Shown in pieces: positions 38,180-48,000 of a stretch of DNA of 64,000 nucleotides. Position 1 is the stretch's first letter, and each line of letters opens with the position of its first letter. Below the pieces are notes generated by a model. It saw only the letters and a list, made by a program, of their open reading frames with translations, was not told the origin of the DNA and ran no database searches. The DNA lies in NCBI GenBank assembly GCA_035308565.1, contig DATGGK010000241.1:3146-67145 (forward strand), given 5' to 3'. Source of the stretch: Planctomycetota bacterium. Lineage in GTDB: Bacteria > Planctomycetota > SZUA-567 > H5-PLA8. The translations under genes were made by a program, and so were the position numbers.

Positions 38180-38314
38180 ACGCTGTTCCTCGATGGAGTT
38201 GCGGAATTGAATGTATGGGCTGAAATCGTGATGTCAAAGTTACTTTTTGTTGCGCGGAAAAGTTGAATTCTCCGCGCCTTTGCGCCTCTGCGAGAGAAGA
38301 ATTTGGAGAGGACC

Positions 38315-38776
38315 GTGAGCAAAACCGAAGCGCGCCCGAAAGTGACCATCTTCTGCGACGGCGGATGCAAGCCGAATCCGGGCGCGGGGGCTTGGGCGGC
38401 GATTTTGCAATTTGGCGACAAAGAGAAGGAGCTTACCGGCGGCGAGGCGGAGACGACCAACAACCGCATGGAGTTGACGGCGGTGACGAAGGCGCTGGAG
38501 GAATTGAAGGTGCCGTGCGACGTGACGGTGGTCACGGACAGCGAGTATCTGGCGAACGCGTTTCGGCAAAAGTGGATTGAGAGTTGGAAACGCAAGGGAT
38601 GGATCAACAGCCAGAAGCAACCGGTGAAGAACAAAGATTTGTGGGTCGAACTGGACGCACTGGTGGCGAAGCATCACGTGACGTGGGAATGGACGCGCGG
38701 GCATTCCGGGCATTGGGAGAACGAGCGCTGCGATGAGCTGGCGACGCAGACGCGGATACGGATGTTTGGGCATTGA
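38315..38776 (+). CDS. rnhA: ribonuclease HI
   Basis: DGGCKPNPGAGAWAAIL, TNNRMEL, TDSEY, GHSGHWENERCDELA. GTG 38315 follows GGAGAGG; the alternative TTG is at 38303. Confidence 0.93.
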   Translation: MSKTEARPKVTIFCDGGCKPNPGAGAWAAILQFGDKEKELTGGEAETTNNRMELTAVTKALEELKVPCDVTVVTDSEYLANAFRQKWIESWKRKGWINSQKQPVKNKDLWVELDALVAKHHVTWEWTRGHSGHWENERCDELATQTRIRMFGH

Positions 38777-38779
38777 ACG

Positions 38780-40009
38780 ATGGGCAGCAAGTCAAAATTT
38801 TTTGTCGCGTGCATCGCCACCTTCGTAGCGTTCGCGAGCGCGGCCTTCGAACTCAAGCCGGGCGTCACATCTCGCATTCCGTGCGACGGCGCTCCAGAAC
38901 TGACCTACGATCTCTTCATTCCGTCGGCGTACATGAGCGAAACCGAGCGCAAATTTCCGGTGCTGTTCATTTCCAATCCGGGCGCGCGGCCGGACATTCG
39001 CGCGCACACCGCGTGGGCTGAACGGCGCGGGTTTGTACTGGTCACGATCAACGACAGCCGCAACGGAAACTGGGAGCCGGTGTTCAAAGCGCAGGAGGCG
39101 GTGTGGAAATCGGCTGAGGCGCATCTGCGGCTGCATGCGTGTTTGCGCTTTGCCATTGGCATGAGCGGCGCGGCCAGCGCGTCGTGGATGCTTTGCGCGC
39201 ATCATCCGAACAATTTCGCGGGCATCGTCATGGAGGGCCACAGCGGGACCGGCGACGCGATCCCGAATTACGTTGCCGTCGCGTACATTCACGGCGACAA
39301 AGAACCCAATCTGCCGGTGATCGAAATAAATTACGCGCATCTGCGCCGCGCGGGAAACCCGCTGCAGCGCTTCGTTAAGCGCGGCGGCCATATTCCCGGT
39401 TCAGTCGAAGAAGAAGAGCGCTTTCTCGATTGGATGTATGACCTTCAGCGCTTCGGGCATCCGAAATTGAGCGCCGACGACCGCGCGAAAGCGAAAGCCG
39501 AAGCGCTCGCGCAATTGGATGCCGCCGCGAAAATCGCGAACTCGCCGGAGCGGCTTGCGGCGTTTGAAAAGTGGTTGAATCTGCCTTACGTCGCGGGCTG
39601 GAACGAAACGAAGCCGCATTTCACGCCGTGGCTTAAGGCGTTATTGGAGGTTGAATCGGCCGCGGCGGAGAAGTCCGAAAAGTATGCGCTGTTGGGACCG
39701 GCCAATTTTCGCGGCTGGCTCAAACACGTCGATCCCGCCGTGAAAACAGCGTTCGAAAAAGAACTCGCCGATCTAAAAACCGATCCCGCGGTGAAAATTG
39801 CGTTTGATGCAGACACTGCTTACGCAAAAGCCGCCGAAGCCGAAAAAAATGCGGGCGACAATGTGTTTCAGCTTCGCGGCGCGCTCGTGCAATACGAAGC
39901 CGTCATTCAACGCTGGCCCGATTCCGCCGCCGCGAAGCGCGCGAAAGACGACGTGCTGCATTTGAAACCGGCCGCGCCGAATGAGCCGCGCATCGGGATT
40001 GCGAAATGA
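38780..40009 (+). CDS. secreted alpha/beta-hydrolase (esterase-like) with helical C-terminal extension
   Basis: Signal peptide MGSKSKFFVACIATFVAFASA. Nucleophile elbow G-M-S-G-A in RFAIGMSGAASASWML. PVLFISNPGARPD strand. Confidence 0.75.
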   Translation: MGSKSKFFVACIATFVAFASAAFELKPGVTSRIPCDGAPELTYDLFIPSAYMSETERKFPVLFISNPGARPDIRAHTAWAERRGFVLVTINDSRNGNWEPVFKAQEAVWKSAEAHLRLHACLRFAIGMSGAASASWMLCAHHPNNFAGIVMEGHSGTGDAIPNYVAVAYIHGDKEPNLPVIEINYAHLRRAGNPLQRFVKRGGHIPGSVEEEERFLDWMYDLQRFGHPKLSADDRAKAKAEALAQLDAAAKIANSPERLAAFEKWLNLPYVAGWNETKPHFTPWLKALLEVESAAAEKSEKYALLGPANFRGWLKHVDPAVKTAFEKELADLKTDPAVKIAFDADTAYAKAAEAEKNAGDNVFQLRGALVQYEAVIQRWPDSAAAKRAKDDVLHLKPAAPNEPRIGIAK

Positions 40010-41274
40010 GTATCCGCGAAAATCATGGCCAAACGCGCAAATCGCCATCAGGATTTCGCCACTGGCTACCGCGCTACTCGCTGCGCACGCTATTGCTGGC
40101 GACGATATTGGCGGGTGGGATCGGATTATTATGTCGCAGTTGGGAGCCATGGCCGGTAAAAAAGATTTTGTTTGCTGATCGTGTACGAGAGGCCAGTTTT
40201 TCTCCTGACGGCAAATGGTTAATGGTGTGCTCCGGGAAAAGCAGCCCAATATTGAGATTGCCCGACGCGGCGGTGTTCTGCAGATTGGCACACCCTCAAA
40301 CGGTACGAAATGCAGTGTGGTCTCCAGACAGACGTCTGCTCTGCACAATCGCTGATGACAAGGCCACTCGGATCTGGGATACGCGTACGTGGCAATGTCT
40401 GCATGTGTTGGAGAATTCGGCGGGTTACTCTTCGCCCGACTTCTCGCCGGATTGGAAACGCATACTCACACGTCCAGATAACCGGCGGCATCAACTGTGG
40501 AACATGGAGTCGGGAATGCTCCTGGCTGAATTTGGCGAGCGTTACAATTTTAAAAATTTCTCGCGTGACGGTCGGTATTTGCTTTTCGAAATCTATTGGA
40601 ATTACGATGGAAAGGAGCGCTCGGCGGAACAAGAAAGTGACAGGGGCGCCGAGGTTTGGGATGCAATTTCGGGCAAGAAACTCTGGTTTGCACGGAATGG
40701 AGAGGATAGCCGCACCGAAAGCTTGCGATTTTCCGACGATCAGCGTTGCGTTATTAGCGAGGAAGAAGAGATTGGCGACAACTTCAATACGACCGCGATA
40801 AGGAATGTATTCGCGATTCAAAGCGGCGAGTTGGTAGAACAGCATCGGACGCCGAAGGACGGTTGGTCACGTTCGGTTAGCTTTTCGATTGGTGGCTTTC
40901 GGTGGAGGGATCAAATCTCGCCGGACGGCTCACGCGTCTTGCGCCTCAAAGGCCTTCAAATTGTTTTAGAGGACAACGTAGCAAAGCGCAGTTTGGAGAT
41001 GCTACCTGGCTTCGAAATGAACGAAGATACTGCTACGGCATCGTTTTCACCGGACGGGGCTCAAATTGTCGCGGGTAATTGGAGATTTCGTAACGAACTT
41101 TTTGTTTGGAAGCGCCGCCGCCCGGAATACTGGTGGGGTATCGCATGGTTGCCGGAGTTCTGGCTGTTGGTGATCCTGACTAGCGCGTTTTTGTGGAGCC
41201 TCCTGCGAGACCGGCGCGACTTGCGGCGCACGCCAGCTATTATTCCTGAACCTCCAGCGTCGCGTCCGCCTTAA
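40006..41274 (+). CDS. membrane-anchored WD40-like repeat protein, visibly more AT-rich than its neighbours
   Basis: ATGA overlap with the upstream gene. RYSLRTLLLATILAGGIGLL N-terminal anchor. Repeated FSPDG / WSPD / FSPDW blade motifs (ASFSPDGKWL, AVWSPDRRLL, ATRIWDTRTW, PDFSPDWKRI, ASFSPDGAQI). C-terminal TM helix. Confidence 0.8.
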   Translation: MSIRENHGQTRKSPSGFRHWLPRYSLRTLLLATILAGGIGLLCRSWEPWPVKKILFADRVREASFSPDGKWLMVCSGKSSPILRLPDAAVFCRLAHPQTVRNAVWSPDRRLLCTIADDKATRIWDTRTWQCLHVLENSAGYSSPDFSPDWKRILTRPDNRRHQLWNMESGMLLAEFGERYNFKNFSRDGRYLLFEIYWNYDGKERSAEQESDRGAEVWDAISGKKLWFARNGEDSRTESLRFSDDQRCVISEEEEIGDNFNTTAIRNVFAIQSGELVEQHRTPKDGWSRSVSFSIGGFRWRDQISPDGSRVLRLKGLQIVLEDNVAKRSLEMLPGFEMNEDTATASFSPDGAQIVAGNWRFRNELFVWKRRRPEYWWGIAWLPEFWLLVILTSAFLWSLLRDRRDLRRTPAIIPEPPASRPP

Positions 41275-42733
41275 CTCCCTTCTTCTCCACAATCTTCCCC
41301 GACGGATAAAATTCCACGCTCACGTCCGCCGCGTCGAGTTTTCCCAATCCAAAATGGCGCTCCGTCGTCGCGTAGGCGTAGTACGTATGCGCGCTCTGCC
41401 GGCCAGCGATGACGACTTGCTCGTAGCAGAGCAGTTTCTTCGTGCTCGGTTCAAAGAGCCGAATCTTCGCGCCGGCCGCCGCGCGATTTCCGGGCAGGCC
41501 AATCGGACGAATATTGAGCCAATGCTGCTTTGGAAGATCGTTGTGGTAGACCGCAATCGACTTGTGATTCTCGCTGCCGGAGTTGCCGATGATGTCGAGC
41601 GCGCCGTCGCCGTCGATGTCGCCGAAGCAAATGCCTTCGTCCACCGCCGCGTAGGACAGATCGCGGATGCCCCATGCTTTGTTCATGTACGTGAAATGCC
41701 CGCCGCCAGTGCCGCGCAGGACATAGAGAAAACAGCGCCCGTTCATGATCACGTCGGGGATGCCGTCGTTGTCAAAATCGGTCATCACGGCCAGTCCCCA
41801 ATTTGCGTAGACGGGATGGCTCGCGTTTTCCATGCCGCTGACAGCGTTGGGCAGCAGCGTGAATTTTGCGTGGCCGTCGTTGAGATAGACTTCAACTTTT
41901 TTCCCGCCGGAAAGACAGATCAAATCCGGAAAGCCGTCCTGATTGAAATCGCCGACGCCTTGAATCGTGAGGCCGTCTTCGACGAGGCCGCATTCGGTGG
42001 TCGCGTCGCGGAAATTGCCGTGGCCGTCGTTGAGCATGATGCGCGACTTGCCTTCTTTTTCGCTGTGGTAGCCGCAGCATTTGAGCACGAAGTCGATCTG
42101 TCCGTCGCCGTTGAGGTCGATCGGCAGCATCGAGGTTTCCTTGTAACCGTCGAAGCCGCTGCTGGATTTAAAACCGCCGCTGCCGTCGCCGAGCGCGAAG
42201 ACGACGCCGGGGTTTTCGTGCAGCCAGTCGATCTTGCCGTCGCGATTAATGTCGATCAGCGCATTCTCGCGCGCCTGTCCGCCGGACGCGCTGATGCCGG
42301 TCGATTTGAAAGCCAGTGTGAGCGGATCGCCGGGCTTGGTTTCGTTCAAGAGCCATATACCGCCGCCGTCCTGATGCGTGATTTGCAGATCGAGCTTGCC
42401 GTCTTCGTTGAGGTCGTGCGCGAGATGAATCTCGGTGAGCTTCAGCGCGGCGCTGTCGGCGTAATAGTTGAAATGGCCAAGGCCATCGTTGAGCGCAATC
42501 GCGCCGGCCTGGCCGTGCGCGCCGATGAACAAATCGAGATGCCCGTCGCCGTCGAGATCGACCAGATCGATGCCGCTGAGCCACCATTTGGGGACGGCTT
42601 TGTAATGGGCTTCGACTGCCTCTTCGACGCCGCATTCGCGCGTGATGTCGGTGAAGGGTTTGGGCGCGTCGGCGGCGCAGGCGGAAAACGCGGCGAAAAA
42701 CAGTGCTGCGAGGAGTGTGACATTATTGGTCAT
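41240..42733 (-). CDS. FG-GAP/VCBS repeat protein with ASPIC/UnbV C-terminal domain (CRTAC1-like)
   Basis: ATG 42733 gives signal peptide MTNNVTLLAALFFAAFSACA. Repeated DxDGDGxxD motifs (DLDGDGHLDLF, DLNEDGKLDL, DINRDGKIDW, DLNGDGQIDF, DFNQDGFPDL, DFDNDGIPDV, DIDGDGALDI). C-terminal WLNIRPIGLPGNRAAAGAKIRL. Confidence 0.88.
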   Translation of the reverse strand: MTNNVTLLAALFFAAFSACAADAPKPFTDITRECGVEEAVEAHYKAVPKWWLSGIDLVDLDGDGHLDLFIGAHGQAGAIALNDGLGHFNYYADSAALKLTEIHLAHDLNEDGKLDLQITHQDGGGIWLLNETKPGDPLTLAFKSTGISASGGQARENALIDINRDGKIDWLHENPGVVFALGDGSGGFKSSSGFDGYKETSMLPIDLNGDGQIDFVLKCCGYHSEKEGKSRIMLNDGHGNFRDATTECGLVEDGLTIQGVGDFNQDGFPDLICLSGGKKVEVYLNDGHAKFTLLPNAVSGMENASHPVYANWGLAVMTDFDNDGIPDVIMNGRCFLYVLRGTGGGHFTYMNKAWGIRDLSYAAVDEGICFGDIDGDGALDIIGNSGSENHKSIAVYHNDLPKQHWLNIRPIGLPGNRAAAGAKIRLFEPSTKKLLCYEQVVIAGRQSAHTYYAYATTERHFGLGKLDAADVSVEFYPSGKIVEKKGVKADATLEVQE

Positions 42734-42871
42734 GATGAGGGCTCCGCTTTTGAGTGTACCCCGCTCGCGAGAATTTTGCCGAGCGGCGCCTCGTGCGCGA
42801 ATATTCCCAATTTTTGAATCATCGCGGCGCGTCGCGCGTCTTATACTTGCGGGCACGCTGAGGAAAATGCA

Positions 42872-44977
42872 ATGCTGACTCAGGGAATGGTCGAACATTA
42901 TGTCACGGACGCGGCGCTGGCTCACGAGCGCCGGCGTGCGGAGAAACTTGCCTCGTTCGATTCGGCTAAGGCGCTCGCCGCGCGCCAAGCTGAAATTGCG
43001 CAAGCCGTGCGCGCGCTGCTTGGCGATTGTCCGCTGAGTCCGACGCTGAACGTTCATACTATTGCCGTTCACGAACGCGATGAATATGCAATCGAACTGC
43101 TGACGTTTGAATCGTTCGCCGGAGTTGTCGTTCCGGCGAATCTGTATCTTCCGCGCGGACGCACAGAGCCGTGGCCGGCGGTCGTGGTTTTTTCAGGCGA
43201 CGCGCCGGATGGGAAAATTCAGGCCGAGCGGCAGCGCTTGGGACAGTTGCTCGCGCGGCGCGGGATTGCGGCGCTTTTCTTTGACAGCCCGGGGCAAGGC
43301 GAGCGGCTAGAGTTTTACGATTCGACGCTGCGCCGTTCGTGGGTCGGGCGCACGGTCGCGGTCGAACGCGCGCATCTCGGGCATCCATTTTTGCTAACCG
43401 GAAATAATCTCGCGTATTGGATGGCGATGGAAGGCGCGCGCGCGCTGGAAGTGCTCGCGGCGCGGCCGGAGATTGACGCGAAGCGCATGGGCGTCTGCGG
43501 CGACGGGTCAAGCGAAGCGCTGGCGCGCATTCTGTGCTGCCTCGATGCGCGCGTGAGCGCGGCGGCGATTGTCGCGGACAATTGCGATCCTCATCCGCTC
43601 GGCGGCGAGACGATCGAAAACACGCTGCCCGGCGCGATGGCGCTGAGCTTTCCGCCGCTGGCGCTGCTGACGCCGTTCGCGCCCAAGCCGCTGCTGCTGG
43701 ATTGCTGCGTGGCTGAAAAAGCGCTGTCCACGCATCAGGAAGCGGTGAAGGACCTCGCCAGCATTTATGCGCTGCTGGGCAAAGCGCAGAATTTCTCGTC
43801 GCTGGAAGAGCGCGGTGTGCGCGGATTCTCGAAATTCATGCGCATGCGGATCAGCGAGCATTTTGCCGGCGCGTTTGGCTTGGGCATCGAGCGGCTGCGC
43901 GAATTGGAGACGCCGGCTGAAACGCCCGACACGCTGCGGTGCACGGAAACAGGGCAAGTCGGCAATTCGCTGAACGCAGCGAGTTTGTTCAGCGTGCATT
44001 CCAAACTTGCTCACGAACTTCCGCCGGCGGTCGCGCTGCCCGCGGATGAATCCAGTGCCGACGCGCTGCGCGCGGATTTGCGCGCGCGGTTTGGGCCGCT
44101 GCTGCACCTGCCGGAAACGTCGGAGGCGGTGCGCAACGAAGTCGAAAGCCGCACTAGCGATTGGGGCCTGCAAGTCGAAAAGGGCCGACTGCTGATCGCC
44201 GAGGGGCTGTATGTCCCGTACAGTTTTTACATGCGTCCGCCGGCGACCGACAGCGGCACGCGCGTGGCCGCGCCGGTGTTGTTGGCGCTGCACGAACGCG
44301 GCATCGCGGGAGTGACCGGCGCGGGCGAATGGATGCGCGCGATTCCGCAGGCGGGCTTTCACGTCATGGCCATCGACGTGGCCGGTATCGGCGAGACGCG
44401 CATGCAAGCCGAGCGCGAAGACGGCGAAGGTTATGAAGCGATGCTGTGCGGCCCAGAAACGCTGTGGGCGCGCCGCGCGTTGAACGCGGGTTTGAATCTG
44501 TTCGGGCTGGGCGTGTTCAGCGTGCTGCGCAGCATCGAATATCTCAAATCGCGCTGGGACGTGGACCGCAACCGCATCGCGCTCTCCGGCACCGGACGCG
44601 GCGCGCTGTGGGGACTGTACGCCGCGGCGCTGAACAAGGACGTTTCGCGCCTCGCCATGCTGCGCGGCTTGAGCACCTACAAGTGCCTTGTGGAACGCTG
44701 CCGGCACAATCACCATTTCAGCTTGTATCTGCCCGGGTGCTTGAAGTCGTTCGATCTGCCGCACGTCGCCGCGTGCGTCGCGCCGCGGCCGTTGACGCTG
44801 ATCAATTCGGTCGATCAGCGCAAAGAACGCAGGCCGCTGGAAAAGATGCGGCGCGACTATGCATTCACCGCGGACATGTACCGCATCGCCGGCGCAGCGG
44901 AGCGCTTCGCACTTGCCGTATCGGACAGCGCGCCCGAATCGCTGGAGACCGTGTTGAAGGCGATTGGCGGGAAGTAA
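42872..44977 (+). CDS. alpha/beta-hydrolase-fold protein with two tandem acetyl-xylan-esterase-like halves
   Basis: Segments such as VVPANLYLPRG..PAVVVFSGD and PVLLALHERG, and ..IALSGTGRGALWGLYAA at the nucleophile-elbow position. The catalytic Ser is not clearly conserved. Confidence 0.7.
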   Translation: MLTQGMVEHYVTDAALAHERRRAEKLASFDSAKALAARQAEIAQAVRALLGDCPLSPTLNVHTIAVHERDEYAIELLTFESFAGVVVPANLYLPRGRTEPWPAVVVFSGDAPDGKIQAERQRLGQLLARRGIAALFFDSPGQGERLEFYDSTLRRSWVGRTVAVERAHLGHPFLLTGNNLAYWMAMEGARALEVLAARPEIDAKRMGVCGDGSSEALARILCCLDARVSAAAIVADNCDPHPLGGETIENTLPGAMALSFPPLALLTPFAPKPLLLDCCVAEKALSTHQEAVKDLASIYALLGKAQNFSSLEERGVRGFSKFMRMRISEHFAGAFGLGIERLRELETPAETPDTLRCTETGQVGNSLNAASLFSVHSKLAHELPPAVALPADESSADALRADLRARFGPLLHLPETSEAVRNEVESRTSDWGLQVEKGRLLIAEGLYVPYSFYMRPPATDSGTRVAAPVLLALHERGIAGVTGAGEWMRAIPQAGFHVMAIDVAGIGETRMQAEREDGEGYEAMLCGPETLWARRALNAGLNLFGLGVFSVLRSIEYLKSRWDVDRNRIALSGTGRGALWGLYAAALNKDVSRLAMLRGLSTYKCLVERCRHNHHFSLYLPGCLKSFDLPHVAACVAPRPLTLINSVDQRKERRPLEKMRRDYAFTADMYRIAGAAERFALAVSDSAPESLETVLKAIGGK

Positions 44978-45037
44978 GGCGCTTCGAGGTTGCGAGAAAA
45001 AGTCGCGATCAAGAGTGCGCCATCCCCTCACCCCCGG

Positions 45038-45062
45038 CCCCTCTCCCCCAAGGGGAGAGGGG
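45038..45062. terminator. GC-rich hairpin between convergent genes (CCCCTCTCCCC-CAA-GGGGAGAGGGG)
   Basis: An 11-bp perfect stem read directly, located between the stops at 44977 (+) and 45078 (-). No clear U-tract on either side, so it could instead be a REP-type element. Confidence 0.45.
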
Positions 45063-45077
45063 AGAACGGCGAGCGGG

Positions 45078-48000
45078 TTACGATTCGATGTGATGGATGG
45101 GGTCGGCGCCAAGAGTACCGACCAATTTCGCCAGATAGTCTTTCGATAAGACCGCGGCAAGCGTCTCTTCGCATTGGTGCAGGCGTTCCTTCAATTTCAG
45201 GCGCGCGATCGGTTCGGCGTGGCTGGGCTTTGAAAGAAACGCTTTCAAATAGGCGATGCTGTTGCTCAGGAATTCGGCGTCGCGCGTTTGTTTGATCTCC
45301 AAACGTTTGCGATACCAGGCGCTGGCGAGCAGGTATTCTTTCGTAAACATTTTTCGCACGTCGGGATGCGAAGCCCCCTTCCCTTCCCAATGGCCATTGG
45401 CCATGATATGCAGCAGCGCTTGAATCGGCGGGCAGGCGTCTTCGATGGTGTCATCGTCGAAATACTGCTGAGCCACGCGGCGCTGCGCTTCGACGATGTT
45501 CTCGACGCCATCGACGAAGATTTCCATGTCTTGCGATTCGGGGCGCAGCATCGCTTCGTCGAGCACCGCGGCGGGATTGTCGAAGACGCGCCCAAAATAA
45601 GTGCGCACGAAACGCGCGGTGACGCGGTAGCCCAGGCGGCTGGCGGGGACGAGCCGGCCTTTGTATTCGAAATCTTTCATTGGTTCAAAAAAACCGTCGC
45701 GGACCAGCGCGGCCATGTCGCGCTCGTGGGGCTGCAAGCGGCACCAGATTTCGGGAATCAGCAGACTGATGTCGTGGCCCACCGACATTTGCGGGCCGAC
45801 GTAGCCTGCGGCGGTCGTGATGCCTTCCAAACCGGTCAGGATGTACGAGACGAGCGCCGTGTTCAAATCCGCGGTGGCGGGCAGCGCGTTGAAGGGGCCT
45901 TTGGTGAGCGCGCCTTCGGAGCCGGCGCCGGTCGTCGAGGGCGATTTGCCGGTCAAGCTGCAGATGTAATCCATGAACAGCTCGGGCAGTTCCTGATAAT
46001 GAATTGGATTGTAAACAGCCAGCGGGCGCAGGTTGGCTTTCGCATCGGGCGGATTGTTGCGGCGGCCAGCGAGCACCGCGTTCACCGGGAAAATCACGGC
46101 GGCGTCCGCGGGAAGTTTGCGGTTCAAACGCGCGCCGACTTCGGCGACGTATTCGCTAAGCGGATTGACCAGCGTCGGGCGCACTTGAAGGTAGCGTGGA
46201 TTCTGCGTGGGCTTGCCGTCCACCAAACGCGGATGCGCTGACGAGACGAAGTACGTGCCGTGCTCGGCCTTGGCGGCTTTGCGAATCAAGTCGCGCATGG
46301 CTTGCGTGAATTCGTCGAAATGAATCGGGTCTTCGATCAACTCGATCGCGTCTTCGCGCGTAAGCGGCTGGAAATTCGAAATAAAATTGCCCGGCTGGCT
46401 CATGTCGCGCTCAGCTTGTTTGTCGTAGCCGCGATGAATCGCGTCATCGGGGCGCTGGAAGAAACGGTATTCGCAATTCAGCGCGAGTTTGTAGGACGGC
46501 TCTCCAAGCCCGTCCGCCTTTGGCTCGCCGGGACGGGCTTGGAAGCCCGTCCTACCGATCCACTCAGCCGGCACGACCACGGACGCGGTGATGTCGTCTT
46601 CCATCTGCACTTTTTCAGCGGGCAAGAAATCCTGGCGCAGTTTGAAGGTGCGCCACGAGCCATCGCGCTCCAGTCCGACGCGCAGATAGCTACCGACGAG
46701 TTTGCGTTTGTGGTATTTGAGTTCGTGGCCGGGTACGCCATTGACGTTGTCCACGCTGAAATGCGCGCGCCAGTCGTCGCCCCACTCTGCGTTGTAAAAG
46801 CGCTTGATGATGAACACAATCGCCCAGATGTGATTGGGGACCGACTGCAGCCACGCGTTGTACTCCATCGCGTATTCGTTGGGCGACGGCGTCAGCAGCT
46901 TGATCACCGATCCCAGGGAACGCTGTGGGCTCAGGATCGGACGCGTCACGCGGTCGGGGCCGTATTTGGGTTTGAACTGCGGCAGAAATCGGTCGCTGTA
47001 ATCGCGCTTCAAAATGAAATCGACGAGATCGAAATCTTTCTTTGCGTCGGCTACGAAAATTGGGCCGTAGAGTACCGCGTCGGTGATCGATTTCGACAAC
47101 TCCGATTTTCCGCCGCCCGAAACTGTGCAGGGTTTGTGGCAGAACGTCGGTTCGGCTTCGGTCCCGCACAAACGCCATGAGGGCGCGGACGGATGTTTTT
47201 CAAGCTGGACTTTGTAGCCCGACGGCATCACGTAAACATGATCCTGCAACAGCTTGATGCTTTGCGTGCGTCCGTCTTTGTCCCACGAGACGCGCTGTGA
47301 ATTCAGGTCGATGCGTACGTCTTCGGGGACATAAATAACGGCGGGATATTTTTTATCGACGCCGTAGCCTTCGAGTTTCAGTTCGATGAAACTCGAATAA
47401 AGCCGCGCAACTTCGGCGAAGCTGTGCCCTTCCAGATGCATGCGCCGCGCGGGGCGCGTGGCGTCGAGCGTGTCGCCGTAATTGTAGCGCGGAAAAGCGA
47501 GTGCACCGCCGGCGTGCTCTTCTTCGGTCAGGCCGAAGAAATTCGAGGCCATGCTGATCTGCGTTTTGACCTCTTTTTTGCAGTAGCCGAAATAATTGTC
47601 GGCGATGAGCGTCACCATCACGCCGTCCATCGAGCGGCAGACGAGTTTGAAGGCGTTGCCGCCGTTGTAACATTCCGCGGGGTCTTTCCAGCACATGCCG
47701 TCAGCGCGCTGGCGTTCGGTCGCGTCTTTCCAATGCGGCAAACCGACGTCCCGTTTGCGCACGTAGACCAGATGCGGCGCGAGAATCACGCAGCCGGTGT
47801 GGCCGGTCCAATGATCGACGTCGAGGCCGGCGTCGTTTTCTGGAAGATACGGATCGCCGGCGTTGCCGAAAATGGATTCGACGAAATCGAGATTGCAGAC
47901 GAGATTTCCCGGCACGAAGAAGCGCACTTCCATGGTTTTACGCGGCATGATGCCCGGCACTTCAGGACTGACGATTGGGCGAAGCAGCAGCGAAACCATC

